In this document: positions 45,304 through 59,139 of the stretch, piece after piece
How the letters are laid out: each line of letters opens with the position of its first letter
Numbering within the stretch: the first letter of the stretch is position 1
Source: Blepharisma stoltei ATCC 30299
Taxonomy: Eukaryota; Protista; Ciliophora
Length of the DNA stretch: 64,000 nt
Assembly: GCA_965603825.1 (NCBI GenBank)
Contig: CBFDEM010000021.1
Coordinates: 496,001-560,000 of the forward strand
Direction of reading: 5' to 3'
Translations under genes and position numbers: made by a program
The notes under the pieces: model-generated
Database searches by the model: none
Seen by the model: the letters and a program-made list of their open reading frames with translations, nothing else
Told to the model about the DNA's origin: nothing

Positions 45304-48300
45304 TTAGGATAAATTTATTTTTAATTGTCTAATTCTATTTTGGTTGCCTTTATTTATTGGAGACTTTGAACCTTCCCTATTAATTTTATTTGCTGCATTT
45401 TTTCTGTCTCCTATAACTCTTTTTGCAGGCTCAATTTCTCCCTTTTTAATAGACACTGTTTCATCTGGCTTCAATGAAATATCCACAACAAATTGTCTTT
45501 TTCCCAGCACATCTAAGAGCTCTCTTATGGCAAATGATCCAAGTCCATACCCACCTATGCCATGCCTTAAAGCAATTTTCACAAAAGTGTCTTTATCAAT
45601 CCCTTTAAAGTGTTTACAAATTGCAATAGCTTCTTTATGAAGATCTGCAATTTTTATTGTTGATATTTTCGGATCAATTATCTTCACAGTTTCAATAAAG
45701 GTTGTAGGATTCATTAAATTTAATCCATATTCTGCTAGCGATTGCCTTAAAAAAGCTCCATCTCTTATTTGTCGAAATTCATACACATCTATCAGAGCAT
45801 TCAAAAATCGCTCTTTAGTCACAACATAATCTAAACTTTTGGTGCATTTGGTGTATTTTTCTACATTTACAACAGAAAAAAATTCCTCTTGGGTGATTTC
45901 TCCGTGTTTAGAAATATCGACTTCTTGAAAAAATTTGATGATATTTACATCAGAAATCCAAAGCTCTAAATCTTTTTTGGCGCCTTCAATGAATTCTTGT
46001 CCATCAAGAGTTCCGCCATGGTTTTTGTCCAATTTATTAAAAAGCTCTTCAGGTCTTTTCCCTTTTTTTCTCATTTTATTTGCAATCAAAAAACCAATAA
46101 AATCATTAAAAACTACTTTCTCAGGACAAATTTTTTCGAGTAGTAATGTTCCTGATTCTGGGTCTTCTTGGAAAAGATTATAGACATAATCAATTATATC
46201 AACAAGCATAGCTTCCCCTCCAGTTCCAGCATAATCATGTGCCACTTTCCCATAAGTTGTTTGCTTTAGCTTGATTTCTTTATTTGGACGAAATCCTAGA
46301 GTTTCCTTAAATCTGTCAGCTTTTTCTACGAAAGGGTTAAAATCGTATCTAGCTCTTACTAAATAAAGAGACAAATTATAAGGGACTGGGTCTGGATGAA
46401 AAATTTGTAAAAGACGGGCATAGAAGCAGCCATAAGGATGCCGCTCGTCTACTAATGATTTTATAGCCGGGAGAATTTGGCATAGTGTTTTAATAGCAAG
46501 AAATTCAATCCCAAAGCGTCTATTAAGATACTCCATCATGAATTCTGTCATTGATCTTGGCTTTCGCTTGTCTTTTAAGTCTTTTTTGTCAGTTTTATAT
46601 TTATTATCCATCATTTCTTCTAAAAACCTGAAAATGTTGATATAAGACATTGGCTTTTCTAATTTAGTTTCTACTTTTTTATAGTTTTCCATAATAAGGT
46701 TTTCGTTAAGGAGTTTCTGTTTTTCTTGCAGAATTGACTCTTTAGCTTTTGCTTCACATTCTTCACTAATAATATCATTTATAGTAGGAAGCCTGGTGAG
46801 ATTCCTTGTGCTTCTACGAAGAGATACTGGCTTATTTTCAAATTGATTTTCTTCAATCTTATCAATGCTTTCCAAGGAATTATAGCTCTCTTGTATATTT
46901 TTCTTTCATTTATTAAATTTATCTTTTATTGAGTGGAATGCATTTATTTCTTGGTTTTTAATAGCAATTTTTAGTATTGCGTTAACTTTTTCTATGTTCA
47001 AAAATTCTGTAAAAGATCCTTTTCCTGAAGCATTTAATGAGTTTAAAGAATTGCTATTATTTTCAATAGAGTTTCTTGTTGAATTTAGCATTTTTTGACT
47101 ATAAGGAGATGATTCTTCAAGCATCTCGATTTCAAAACTACTTTGGTTTTCTTTTCATATTATAAATGCCCTTCTTATCGCACTAGTATTTGATATTTTC
47201 CAATTTTTGATAGCTTTTCTCAGCGTTATGTCTATTTTATTTTTTTTCCAATTTAATAACTGTTCAGCTGATTCAGTCTTTTTTAAATGTTCTTTTAAGC
47301 TTTTATTAGTTAATACAAATGGGTTCGTGCCATGACTATTTGCTTTTAATGATCCAATGGATTCTTTTTGTTTATTTGAATGTGTGCTACTATCGACACT
47401 ACTAACGCGCTTTAATAAACTATTAGAACTATTTAACTCAGCTATATCATCTTTAGTCTGTGGGTTCTGGAGTATTTTATTATTTTGCATCGAATTTGAA
47501 AAAATATTAATTGCCATGCCATCAAGGTTTTTTATTGAAAATTTGCAAATTTTTTTGCTTTTTAGAGCTGGGTTTATCAATATGCTATTCGCACTAATAA
47601 TCGATCTTTTATCATTCAATTTTATTCCAGGGATCTGTGATAATTTTTCATATGAGATTATAGAAGTTGATTTAATTGCACTATCTCCTTCTATTTGCCC
47701 TAAATTTGTTGAGTTTTGCTTTAAATCAATTCTTGTAAAATTATCTTTGCTTATTAAATCAATGTCTTTTTCATTTTCTGTTTGAGTGCTAGAAGACTCG
47801 ACAAGTTCTCCATTCATTTCTTTTTCATACTCAAATTTTTCAAAGATTTTTAACTTTTTCATCACATTTTCAACTAATTTTATTCCTGAAATTTCCAATA
47901 GATTACTCTCATTTTCAGAGTTTTCAGCTAAATTATGAAGCTCGGCATTTATTTTCTTTAAACTACTTATTAAGCAATCAAAGTTTTTAAGCAATTTTAG
48001 CTCATGTTGGCTTTCTTTATATCTCAGTTCTAAAAATTTTTCGATTCTTTTACTATATGGCAGTTTCTTAATTTCATTACTTTCCTGATTTAATTTCCAA
48101 GCTAAAAATTGGTCTTCATTATTTCCTAGATATTTTGTTAATGTAAAAATTGCTGAAAGAGCTTTAGATTGTTCTTCGTCTATTATTTGCCCAAGCTGTT
48201 CGGCACATAAATCCATAGTTAATTTTGCTCCTTGCAATTTTGGCAAGGTTTCTAATAAAATTTCTGAGCCATTGCAATTTTCTATTATGTGTGTAGAAAT

Positions 48301-48639
48301 TAAAGAATTTCTTAAATTATGCACTTTCAATAAAATTTCTTCTTGTGAAATTTGCTGGATTTTTGCACACAAAGATAAAACAACATTATCAAGATCAAGA
48401 CTAAACGAAATGAGTTCTTCGTTTGAATATTTGTTAAGTTTTGTTAGTGTTTCATAAATGTTTTTTGATATATGTAGGCAAGTTGGTAGAAAATGGGACA
48501 ATAATTCAGTAGTGATGCTCATACTGATGATATGAGACTTCATAGCATCAATTTCTGGATTTTTTGGTTTTTTATCATTATATGACTCAGAAATTTCATT
48601 ATCTTTATGTGTGTACAATAATTGCTTGCTCATATTCAT
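45304..48639 (-). CDS. EF-hand family paralog B (N-module + C-module), 1111 aa
   Basis: Three track ORFs in one frame, separated by TGA. Confidence 0.8.
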
Positions 48640-48705
48640 ATTTAATTTAAATATTTAAAGCTAATTGATACCAAAAATGCTTAATCGTAATTTTAATATC
48701 GAAAA

Positions 48706-51700
48706 TTATAGCTGAGTTCTCCTCTTTCCCTCACTTCTGTTAGGAAATGATAAGTCAGCATCTTCTGGCAAAGGTGAAGGTGTTTTAGCTTCTCTTAATG
48801 AAGACAATGACGCTGTCTTACCGACTTCATAAGGTGTTGGAGGATCACTTTTATCTACCTTTCCAAAAGCATTAATTGCTTTAATTTTTTTCAGGACAAA
48901 TTTTGTCTTTTTCTGCAATTTTGTCGTTAATTTCCGCTTCTTCCCGCCTTCATCTACAATTTCTCTTTGCAAATCTTCTTCAGCTTCATTAATTGGAAGC
49001 TCATTCTCGATGAAATTTTGATTTATTTCATTAGGAGTTAGCATTTCATTTTTGCTCTCAATTGTTGAAGAATCCTTAGGTATGGTTTTTTTCTTAATAA
49101 CTTGCCTAACTCTTTTAGTTAATCTGGTTTTCAACTCGCGAAGAGCATCAAACAGCCCTACCGACTTATTTTCTTCAGGGGTATTTGACTCGGAATTTTC
49201 TTCATCTTGATCTGATGGTTCTGAAGTAGGGATTTCTATTTTAGGCTTATTAATTTGCTTAATTCTTTTTGTCATCAAAGTCTGAATTTTCCGAAGATGA
49301 TCTAATTGGTCGCTTCCAATATTTTCTTCACTTCCTGGGACTTGATTTTCGATTAAATCTTCTTTGGGATTTGATATTTCATCAGCTAGCTTAACTTCTT
49401 CCGAAATGGTAGGAGATTCTGGTATCAATTGAGCTTCTTCATCAAATAGCTGGGACTTCTCATTTTTTGTTTTACCTATTTCTTTTGTAGATTTTGATAG
49501 CTTTGTTTTGATTCCCCTTTTCTTATCCAACTCATTTTCTTTATTTTCTTCTAATTTTTTGTCATAAAGTAATTTTTCAAACTTCGTATCTTCCTTTTCC
49601 TCTTCAAGCGTTGCTTTAACTTTAGAATTTTTCTTTATAGACATTTCAATTGATCTTTGTTTATCTTCTGAGCTACAAAATAATTCATTGCTCCTATTCA
49701 AATCTTCATCTTTTGTTTTTTCGTTTATTTCACAAGGACTTGCTTTGACGTCTGAAGATAGTTTGAGATCAATAATTACGGGATTATTTTCTTCAATAAT
49801 TTCTGCAGTCATACTACTAACATTTTGTGATAAATCATTTTTTTCACTGTTCAAAAGACTTGAATTATGAGTTTTAGATTTTTCAGTGATAAAAGAGCAC
49901 TTCATCTCTACAGTTTTCTTGATTTGGTCATTAAGGTCCTTATTTTTTTCATTAATTATAGGTATCTGGCTATCGTTTAGTAAGGCAGACTCCTCAGTTG
50001 CTTTGATGACTTGCTTTTCATTCCCAGTTTCAGCAGTTAACTTTGCATCTTTAACTTCATTATTCTCTGAGACTTCAAAGGAAGTTTTATCAAATTTTAC
50101 AGTGTTTGTTATTTCAAAGTCCAAAGACTTTTTATATTCTAAACTATCTTGTAATTCACTTTCAGTTTCCTTTTCCTTTGAAGCATTTTCTATCAAATCT
50201 TGGAGTTTATCCTTTTCCAGAATTGAGTCGAATTCCCCTATATGAACATCAACTTCTCTTGCTTCATTTTTTATGGAATCTAAAGATTTATTTTCAGTCT
50301 CTTCTAAGCTGTTTTTAACTATCTCTCTTTTATTTTCAGTCTCTTCTAAGCTGTTTTTAACTATCTCACTTTTATTTTCAGTCTCTTCTAAGCTGTTTTT
50401 AACTATCTCACTTTTATTTTCAGTCTCTTCTAAGCTGTTTTTAACTATCTCACTTTTATCATCTCTCCCTTTATCAACAAAATTTTCACCAACTTCTGAC
50501 TCATCTATTGGAGCATCAATTTCTCTTGTTTGATACTTCTCAAAAACTAAAGGCTTGATCTTGGCCTCTTCTGAATCTTTTTTAATTTCCTTACTTTTTT
50601 TATCTCCTTCTTTATTAGCAAAGCTTTTATCATCTATTTTTTCATCTTCTTCTATCTCCTCATTTATATTATTAGGATCGATATTTTGACTAAAGTTTTC
50701 AGGCTGATTTTCTGACCCCCTAGCTAATCTTGCACTGAAAGACTTTACATTGATATTCATTTTTCTATCTATTTCGCTGCTCTCATTAATATATATTTTC
50801 TTGCTTTCTCCTGTTGAAGCAACAGTTTTATCAATCTGGACTTCATCTTGGTTTATAATGGATTTTACTGTTTCAGGACCCGGACCATCAACATCTAGCT
50901 TGTTTTCCTTATATTTTAATTCAGCTTCAAAATATTTAGTCTTTATATTTGCTTTTATGTTTTTATGAGAACTTGTCTCGTCTTTAACGCATTCTTGAGC
51001 TTTATTATATTCTTGCACATTATTGAATCCTTCTTTGCTTTCTTTATTTTCTTGAGTAGCGATGCTATCACTCAAATTTTCTAACTCTGGGATCTGTGTA
51101 GCTTTTTCACAAAAGTCATTCATATCTTTTTGCATATCCCATATTATTTTTGTGTGCTTGCTCTCCTCAGAAGTTTTTTCTCTCCCACCTTCCTTAAACC
51201 CTATATTAAACTCTTTTTCATGCAGCCTTTCTTTAAAAATCGAGCACTTTTTTCTAATAATTTTATGTATGTGCTTCAATTTCTCTATTTTCTCCAAAAG
51301 TCCTATTAAAATTTTTTCCAGTGATCCTTCTTCATTTGGGTTTTCTAATTCATTTTTTCCTGTGATTTCACATAATTCAATATAAGCCCTTCTTAAATGC
51401 AAAAATAAAGTATCAAAATTATTGAGCAATTTTAATTCTTGGGCGCTTTCTTTGTATCTTAATTTGCTGTAAGGCTCAACTCTTTTATGAAGTGGATATT
51501 TATTTACTTTCAAGCTTTCTTCATTTAAATTTCAGGCTATGCATTGATCTTCGTTATTTCCAAAATATCTTGTTAATATGAAAAGGACTGGCAATCCTTT
51601 AGCTTGCTCTTCTTCAATCATTTGTCCTAAGCTTTCAGTGCGAATTAATACTTCTTGTTTTTCCCCAAATTGCTTTATAGGTATGTCATCTACCATCCTA

Positions 51701-52080
51701 GGACTTTCACATTTATGGGCTCCAATAGAATGAGTAATTTTTGAATTTTTAAGCCTAGTAGCTTTTGATAAAATTTCTGATTGAGGAATCTGATGTAATT
51801 TTGCACAAAAGGATAAGATAACGTGGTCGATACTTTCGCTTAATAAAGAAAGCTTATCATTTGGAATACTAGAGAGTTTATCTAGCTTTAGCTTAATTCC
51901 TTCTATTATATGCTCATCGCCAGGAAGAAAGTGAGAAAGAAGCTCTCCTGACAAATACATGCTGATTATATGAGAAATAGTAAATTCAAAATTCTGTTTA
52001 CAATTGCATTCAATATTATGTCTTTCTGCTGAAAATGTTTGAGACTGAAAACTTGTAGTTTTTGGATTAAGAATATCCAT
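48706..52080 (-). CDS. Family paralog C (N-module + long acidic region, no EF module), 1124 aa
   Basis: Two track ORFs in one frame, joined via TGA 51532. Confidence 0.8.
50287..50459 (-). repeat. Coding minisatellite, 4 x 42 bp (EIVKNSLEETENKS)
   Basis: Near-identical tandem units. Confidence 0.95.
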
Positions 52081-52138
52081 TTATATATTAATTAGACTAT
52101 CCGTTTCCGACATTTTTATTAATAAATTATTGATAGCT

Positions 52139-55100
52139 TTACACAAGAGTATTTTTATTACTATTTTTCCTCATAAATCTTGGAATATTTGAGCTTCCTT
52201 TAGAAGTGGGTGTTTGATCTTTTTCTTTACTAATATTAGATACAGATCTGCTTCTTACTAAGCTTCTCTTTACATCAGAGCCATCAGCTTTTCTTACTGT
52301 GACTGGCTCTCCTTTATCCAACGCAATATCTACAACGAACTGCCTTTCTCTGAGGGCATCTAAAAGCTCTCTAATGGCAAATGATCCAAGTCCATAATTC
52401 CCAATCCCATGCCTTAACGCAATTTTTACAAAAGCATCTGAATCAACACCTATATGCGGTTCTACACTTACTGATAAAGCTTCACTGTGCAGATCTTCTA
52501 TTTTCCTTTGACTAACCTCATTATCAATTAGCTTTATGGTTTCTGCAAAAGTTTCAAAGTCCATCAAAACCAAGCTATTTTGCATCAAAGTTTGCCTTAA
52601 GAATGCCCCGTCTCTTATCTGCCTAAACTCGTAAACATCAATTAGCGCGTTTAAAAATTTTTCTTTGGTTACAATATAGTCTAAATGTGTGGTGCATTTT
52701 GTGTATTTATCAATATTAATTACTGCTGTAAATTCATTTAAATCCACTTCTCCATTGCCTGAACTGTCAAGCTGTTGGAAAAAATTTTGAATGTTCTCAT
52801 TAGAAATTCACAGCTCTAAGTCGTTCTTGGCACCATCTATAAAGATTTGGGCAGAAATACTGTTGGTTCGTTCCTTGTCTAATTTATGGAATAGTTCTTC
52901 AGGTCTCTTGCCTTTTTTCCTCATTTTGTTAGAGATGAGGAAAGCAATGAAATCGTTGAAATTCACTCGTTCTGGACAAATTTTTTCGAAAAATAATGTG
53001 CCAGATTCAGGATCTTCTTCGAAAAGGAGATAGGCGTGCTTAATTACATCTATTACCATAGCTTCACCGCCTGTTCCTGCGTAGTCAAACTGAGCTCTTC
53101 CATGTGTGGTATTTTTCTGTTGAGCTTCTTTACTTAAATTGAAGCCAATTGTTTCTTTTAGTTTATCAGCTTTCTCAATCAATGGATGGAATTCCATTCT
53201 TGCTCTTACTAAATATAGAGATAAATTATAAGGAACTGGGTCAGGATGGAAAATTTGTAATAATCTTGCGAAAAAGCAGGCATATGGATGGTTTTCATCT
53301 ACCAAATTCTTTAAAGTTGGCAAAATTTGAGAAAGTGTTTTCATAGCAAGATTCTCAATTCCAAATCTTCTATTAAGAAATTCCATCAAAAACTCTGTCA
53401 TGGATCTTGGCTTTCTTTTATCTTTTAAGTCTCTTAAATCAGTTTTATACTTGCTATCCATCATTTCTTCTAAGAATGTAAAAATATTTGAATAATTCAT
53501 CAATTTTGCTGTTTTTGTTTCAACTTTTGAGTATTGATCCATAATCAAATTGTTTTTTAGCATTTTCATTTTTTCTTCAAGAATTGATTGTCTTGCTTGA
53601 GCTTTGCACTCTTCACTAATTAAATTAAAATCCTTTGAGGAAAGCTGAATACTGAATCTCATCATCCCTGCATTTATAGGGGTTGATATTGACTTTGTTG
53701 GAGAATAGTCGTCAACTATTGCAAATGGGATTGTGGATTTTTGGGGTCTAGAGAATTTTCATAGCTGGAATGCTTTATCTTTTGCGGAATTTAGGTTTAG
53801 ATCGATATTTTTGAAAAGATTAGCTAATATTTTTTCTGCTTGTGGGTTATTTCATTTAGGGACTCTTTTTCGTTGTGGGGTGCCTGGAGCGCTGCGTATT
53901 TTGGGTTTTGGAGGAAGTGTTGATTTTTTTTTTACTGTTTGTTTAACTTCTTCAGAAATACCTGACCCTTTTTCTGAGCTAGGAACTGGTTTTTGATTAT
54001 TAGCTTGCAATATATCGGGGATCATTGATAGTTTTGACTTTTCATCAATCTTTTTGCCACTTAGTGGCAATCTCAGAGACTTCACCCTTTTCAATGTCAC
54101 TTTCATTATATTTGTTTTTATTTTCCTCTTGCTATCACTTTCATCCCCGCTTTCCAAAATTGATAGCTTTAATTCTTTTTCAGAAAAATCTTGAGATTCA
54201 CTAAATGGAGAATCAAGGTCGCTTATACTGGATTCAGAAGACTTATCTTTTAATTCTTTATTCTCATTGTTTTCTTTGATCGGGCTGCTATCTTTTTCAG
54301 GATGGCTAGGAGCTCTTGGCGGTTTAGCTTTAATGTCACTTTCGAAAATTTTAGATTTTTCTTCTTCCAAGGGAATTTCTGGACGATTTTCTTGGTCTTG
54401 AATTGGAGATTCGAACTCAATTTCACTTTTTGAACTAAAATCTATATTTAATTCTGGAAACTGAGTAAATTTCTCCTCACAACTCCTTTCTCGATTCTCA
54501 TCATTTAATATACTGATATTGGGGCAATTCTGCTTTGTCAAAATTTCAGTTTTCCTTCTCATTTCTCTAAAAATCTTTTCAATCGATTCTTCTTTTTCAG
54601 GATTTTCCAGTTCATCTTTCCCTGCCAAATTGCATAGATCTCCGTAAGACTTTCTCAACAGTCAAATTGAGTTATCAAAATTTGTTAGCAATTTAAGTTC
54701 CTGTGCAGTTTGTTTGTACCTTAAATCGCTATATGGCTCAACTCTTTTATGCAAAGGATATTTATTCACCTTTATACTTTCCTCATTCAAATTCCACGCC
54801 ACAAACTGATCCTCATTATTCCCAAAATATCTAGTCAATGTAAACAAAACTGGCAGGGCCTTTGCCTGTTCTTCTTCGATCATCTGCCCCAAACTTTCGG
54901 TGTGAATTGATACTTCCTGTTTAGTTCCAAACTGCTTTACAGAAATCTCTTCAACCATTCTTGGTGTGTTGCTTCTGCCTGATTTTTGTTCTTCTTTTGA
55001 CAGTAAAGAGTTCTTTAAGCGAGCTGCTTTGGATAAAATTTCATCCGGAGGGATCTGATTCATCTTGGCAGAAAAAGATAAAATTACTTCGTCAAGGTCT

Positions 55101-55357
55101 TCACTAAAGGAAATTAATTTATCACTAGAAAATGTAGAGAGTTTGTTTAGTTTTAGACGGATTCCTTCAATTACATGCTCATCGTCGGGGAGAAAGCGGG
55201 ATAGGAGATCTCCTGCTAGAAACATGTTAACGATGTGAGATTTAGTATTTTCAATTGTACTATCTGATTGGAGGTTCGTAAGATTAAGGGCAGGAACGGG
55301 TCTTGGTTTATTTACAGATGAATCAGTAAGATCGTCAGACGTTTTTAAGTTGTCCAT
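52139..55357 (-). CDS. EF-hand family paralog D (N-module + C-module), 1072 aa
   Basis: Four track ORFs in one frame; start MDNLK at 55357. Confidence 0.8.
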
Positions 55358-55562
55358 TGTTTGGATGTAATTAACTGAGTTAGCATTAAAAATTAGTTTT
55401 AGTATAAATATATTTGAGTAGCCCACTAAAACTAATAAACTCAATAGCAAATGCAATGTATAATTATTGCATAATTATCAAAAATATATGTCATTATTAT
55501 TTTCAATAATAACTTGCTTAAGTCACATATTTTTATTGTCAAGATAGCTAATCACAATTAAA

Positions 55563-56999
55563 ATGCCTGGAATTTTTTCTCTCGAAAGTATTGCTGCATA
55601 TGCAAAATCAGTTGATTTATTTTCTAAGCTGAGAGCAAGATTCCTAAGCAGGTTCCTTTCAGCTGGAGCAGCTCCTGGGTCTGTTTTGGTATTAAAAGGC
55701 ATGAGTGATTCTCAATATTATGATACAGATCAAGATAGAGAATACCGGCTAGAAAGCTTCTTTTTCTACCTTTTCGGAGTTGAGGAACCCGACGTAACAG
55801 GGCTATTAGAAGTCAGCACTGGCTTGCCACATCTTTTTGTTCCAAGACTTCCAGTTAATTTAGGCCTATTTCTAGTTATCCAAACACCAGAAGTCTTATT
55901 TAGGAAATATGGCTACCAATGTCATTATTTAGATGAAATGAGTGCTGTGTTGTCACAAATAAACCCAAGTAAAATTTACTTAAATAAAGGGACAAACAGT
56001 GATAGTGGTGTTGAAACTCCATCAACCTATGTTAAACTTCCAGAGTTCGATTCTTATGAAATTGATGAAAACTTGCTGTATCCTCATCTATCAGAGTCCA
56101 GAGTCACAAAAATTCCTGAAGAATTCGAAATATTGAAAAGAGCAGCACTTGCAGCCTCAGAAGCGCATATAGAAGCAATGAAAATATGCAAGCCAAATAT
56201 GATGGAATACCAGCTTGCAGCAACTTTTTATCATCATGTTCAGTTTAGATACGGGCAGACATATGCATTTACTCCTATTATTGGCTCAGGAAATAATGGT
56301 TCAGTCCTTCATTATCCTAACAAAAATTGTAATATGGAAGATGGGACAATGGTTGTTTCTGACATGGGAAGTTATGTATATGGATTTTGCTCAGATATTA
56401 CCTGCTCATACCCTGTAAATGGTGTTTTTACTCATAAACAAGCTGGAATTTATAATGCTGTGCTTAAAGCTAATAGAGCTGTAATTGAAGCCATGAAGCC
56501 GGGAGTAGATTGGACTGATATGCATATTTTGGCTGAAAAAGTTATTATTCAAGATTTAGTTGATATTGGCTTATTGAGAGGAAATGTTGATGAAATGGTC
56601 GAGAAACGCGTCGGGGCAATCTTTTTCCCACATGGACTTGGCCATTTCTTAGGGATGGACACTCATGATGTTGGAGGCTATAGCACAGGGCACCCTAGAC
56701 ATACTTGTCCTGGGCTAAAGAAATTAAGAACAAGAAGAAATTTAGAGGATGGAATGTACATCACAGTGGAACCTGGCTGCTACTTCATTGATTTCGCATT
56801 AGATCAAGCTTTAGCTGACCCTGAATTAAGCAGATTTTTAGTCCCAGAAAAGATCCAAGAATATAGAGGCTTTGGAGGGGTAAGAATTGAAGAAGACGTC
56901 AGAGTTACCGCAACAGGCTGCGAAGTACTCAGCAAAGTACCTAGAACAGTTCCTCAAATTGAAGCCTGTATGCGTGGAGAAGACTGGACACTCGTTTAA
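55563..56999 (+). CDS. PEPD: Xaa-Pro dipeptidase (prolidase, M24B)
   Basis: VLHY, SDIT, PHGLGHFLGMDTHDVGG, TVEPGCYF and GGVRIEED. Confidence 0.93.
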   Translation: MPGIFSLESIAAYAKSVDLFSKLRARFLSRFLSAGAAPGSVLVLKGMSDSQYYDTDQDREYRLESFFFYLFGVEEPDVTGLLEVSTGLPHLFVPRLPVNLGLFLVIQTPEVLFRKYGYQCHYLDEMSAVLSQINPSKIYLNKGTNSDSGVETPSTYVKLPEFDSYEIDENLLYPHLSESRVTKIPEEFEILKRAALAASEAHIEAMKICKPNMMEYQLAATFYHHVQFRYGQTYAFTPIIGSGNNGSVLHYPNKNCNMEDGTMVVSDMGSYVYGFCSDITCSYPVNGVFTHKQAGIYNAVLKANRAVIEAMKPGVDWTDMHILAEKVIIQDLVDIGLLRGNVDEMVEKRVGAIFFPHGLGHFLGMDTHDVGGYSTGHPRHTCPGLKKLRTRRNLEDGMYITVEPGCYFIDFALDQALADPELSRFLVPEKIQEYRGFGGVRIEEDVRVTATGCEVLSKVPRTVPQIEACMRGEDWTLV

Positions 57000-57018
57000 A
57001 TCTCATAAATTAATTAGC

Positions 57019-58029
57019 TTATCCTGCAAGATATCCATGCTTTTCATAATACTGTGGAATCAAGGCTGGCTTGTCTGTAATAACTCCATCACATTCTTTC
57101 TAAATAAAGATTACGCTAAATGCATAATCAAACTCTTCTTCAGTATTCAAAGTCCAGTATAACACTTTTATACCTCTTTTTCTCAAGTGAATATTTAATG
57201 GCTTGCTAATTGACACAAAAAACTTGACGAACGCAGTGCTAGTTAGATTTTACTAGAAAAAAGCGCGAAATTTGCCCATTTCTTGTTTTTTTAAATTTAT
57301 GAACTCAGGAGTCATTATAGGGACGTCCATGAAATCTTCTGTGATCTTTATAAATCCTATTAACCCAACCAGATAAGACAAATACACTATAAGAACTTTT
57401 CTCATTGGCATGAATGTATAGGCTCCTGGTATCGCTTTTCGAAGTGATTCAGCCAATTTATGTTTTGAGCTTCCAATAATCTGCATATAATTTACTGTTA
57501 ATTCTTCACGATTATATTTTTCTATCAATTTCTTCAAGTTCTCTATCATTTCAGGTGTTGCAATTTTTACATCGATATTTATGTAAACATCAGGACAATT
57601 TTGGAAAATTTCTTCCAAAGCTGAGAATTTATAAGTTTTATCAGAAAATGTGCTTGTTTCAGAAAGAAAGTGTGGAGTAAATGAAGGGAGATAATTTGGC
57701 AATTCATTGAAATTAAGGTCTGTTATCCTGAGATTTTTGCCTGCGAGTCTCATAAGATTATTATCATGAGCTACTACAGGGATGCTATCTTTGGATGGGA
57801 TGATATCAAGCTCGAGAATGTCACAGCCTTTCTTATAACTATTTACATGAGCATCTAGGGTATTTTCAGGTTTTTCTGCACTTCCACCTCTGTGAACCAT
57901 AAACCATTTTGTGAATTTCTTAGAAGGCTTTTTAAGCTCTGGCTTGATGGGGTGAAGAATATGAGGATATTTCAAAGCTATGTAGGCGAGAATGATATAG
58001 GCCAAAGCAGCTATAAGAAATATCGACAT
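57019..58029 (-). CDS. Glycerophosphodiester phosphodiesterase (GDPD1/3-like)
   Basis: HRGG, PENT, LELD, HD and the C-terminal YWTLN...DGVITD; introns at 57481-57495, 57239-57253 and 57100-57114. Confidence 0.88.
57100..57114 (-). other. 15-nt intron GTAATCTTTATTTAG
   Basis: Removes a TAG and restores DGVITD. Confidence 0.85.
57239..57253 (-). other. 15-nt intron GTAAAATCTAACTAG
   Basis: Removes in-frame stops. Confidence 0.85.
57481..57495 (-). other. Probable 15-nt intron GTAAATTATATGCAG (no stop)
   Basis: Consensus match; removal gives ELTIIGS. Confidence 0.65.
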
Positions 58030-58042
58030 ATTTATATGAAAT

Positions 58043-58942
58043 ATGGAACGATCGCAGCTTGCTTCATCAATTGCAGGTTTCACAGCATCTTTAGGCTCTA
58101 TAATCCTATTCCCTTTAGAGATGATTAAAGTGAGGCTTATCGTTTCTGATGCTTTTAATTCAGCGCTGGCTCAAAAATATAAATCTCCGATTCATGCCTT
58201 AAAGTCTTTGTACTCTAATGAAGGAGCTTTATCGCTTTATAGAGGATGGCATATTAGTTTATGCTCAAGCTTTGCATGGACTGTCTATTTTTACTTTTAC
58301 GAATCAGCTAAAAAACGTTATTCAGCCGATTTCAAACAAAATCACCCTGAAATTTACAGATTTGCTGTAGCTGCAGAAGCTGCAGTCATTTCAAGGATAA
58401 TCACCAACCCTTTATGAGTGATTAAAACACGCGTCATGTTGCAAAACCACACTCATCACTGATATGGCGATACAATCGAAGCTATTACAAAAATTTACAA
58501 ACTTGATGGAATTAAAGGCTATTTTTCAGGGCTAGTGCCTGGGCTTATTTTATGTTCAAATGGAGCTTTTCAACTATATTTTTATGAGCTGCTCAAAGAA
58601 ATTATGGACGGATATAATAATTCAGGGAAAATCGCTATCGCTGGAGGCGCCAGTAAGCTTCTGTCAACGATCGCACTCTATCCTATGCAGTCTGTTATGG
58701 TAAAGCTGCAGCAAGAGCAATATGGAAATTTAGTCAGCAAAAGTTCAAAAGAAATAAAAGGAAAAGTTGCAGAGGAAAAACTTTTTGAAGGATTTTGAAA
58801 TTGTATTGTGAAAACGTGAAATGCAGAGGGATATAAAGGATTTTATAGAGGATTATCAGTGCAGCTGCTAAGGATTCTACCTACAAATGCGCTTTTTTTC
58901 CTTATCTATGAGAAAACGTACAAATTTATCATAGATCTTTAA
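58043..58942 (+). CDS. Mitochondrial carrier (SLC25, folate/FAD-carrier-like)
   Basis: Three carrier signatures: PLEMIKVR, PL(W=TGA)VIKTR and PMQSVMVK; also GFYRG. Confidence 0.88.
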
Positions 58943-59139
58943 GTTCCTATCGGTGGTACAATATCATAACAATAAGATTTTCTAAGCTAAACTATAATAG
59001 TATATTATAATAATCGTTCTCGCAGTTTGTCTCTTGCATAGAGCATCTGATTGGAATGGATTTCCTTTTATTTCCGAATTGAGATTTCTGATAAGTTATT
59101 GTAAAATTCAAATTAAATCTATCCGAAAATAAATTTAAA

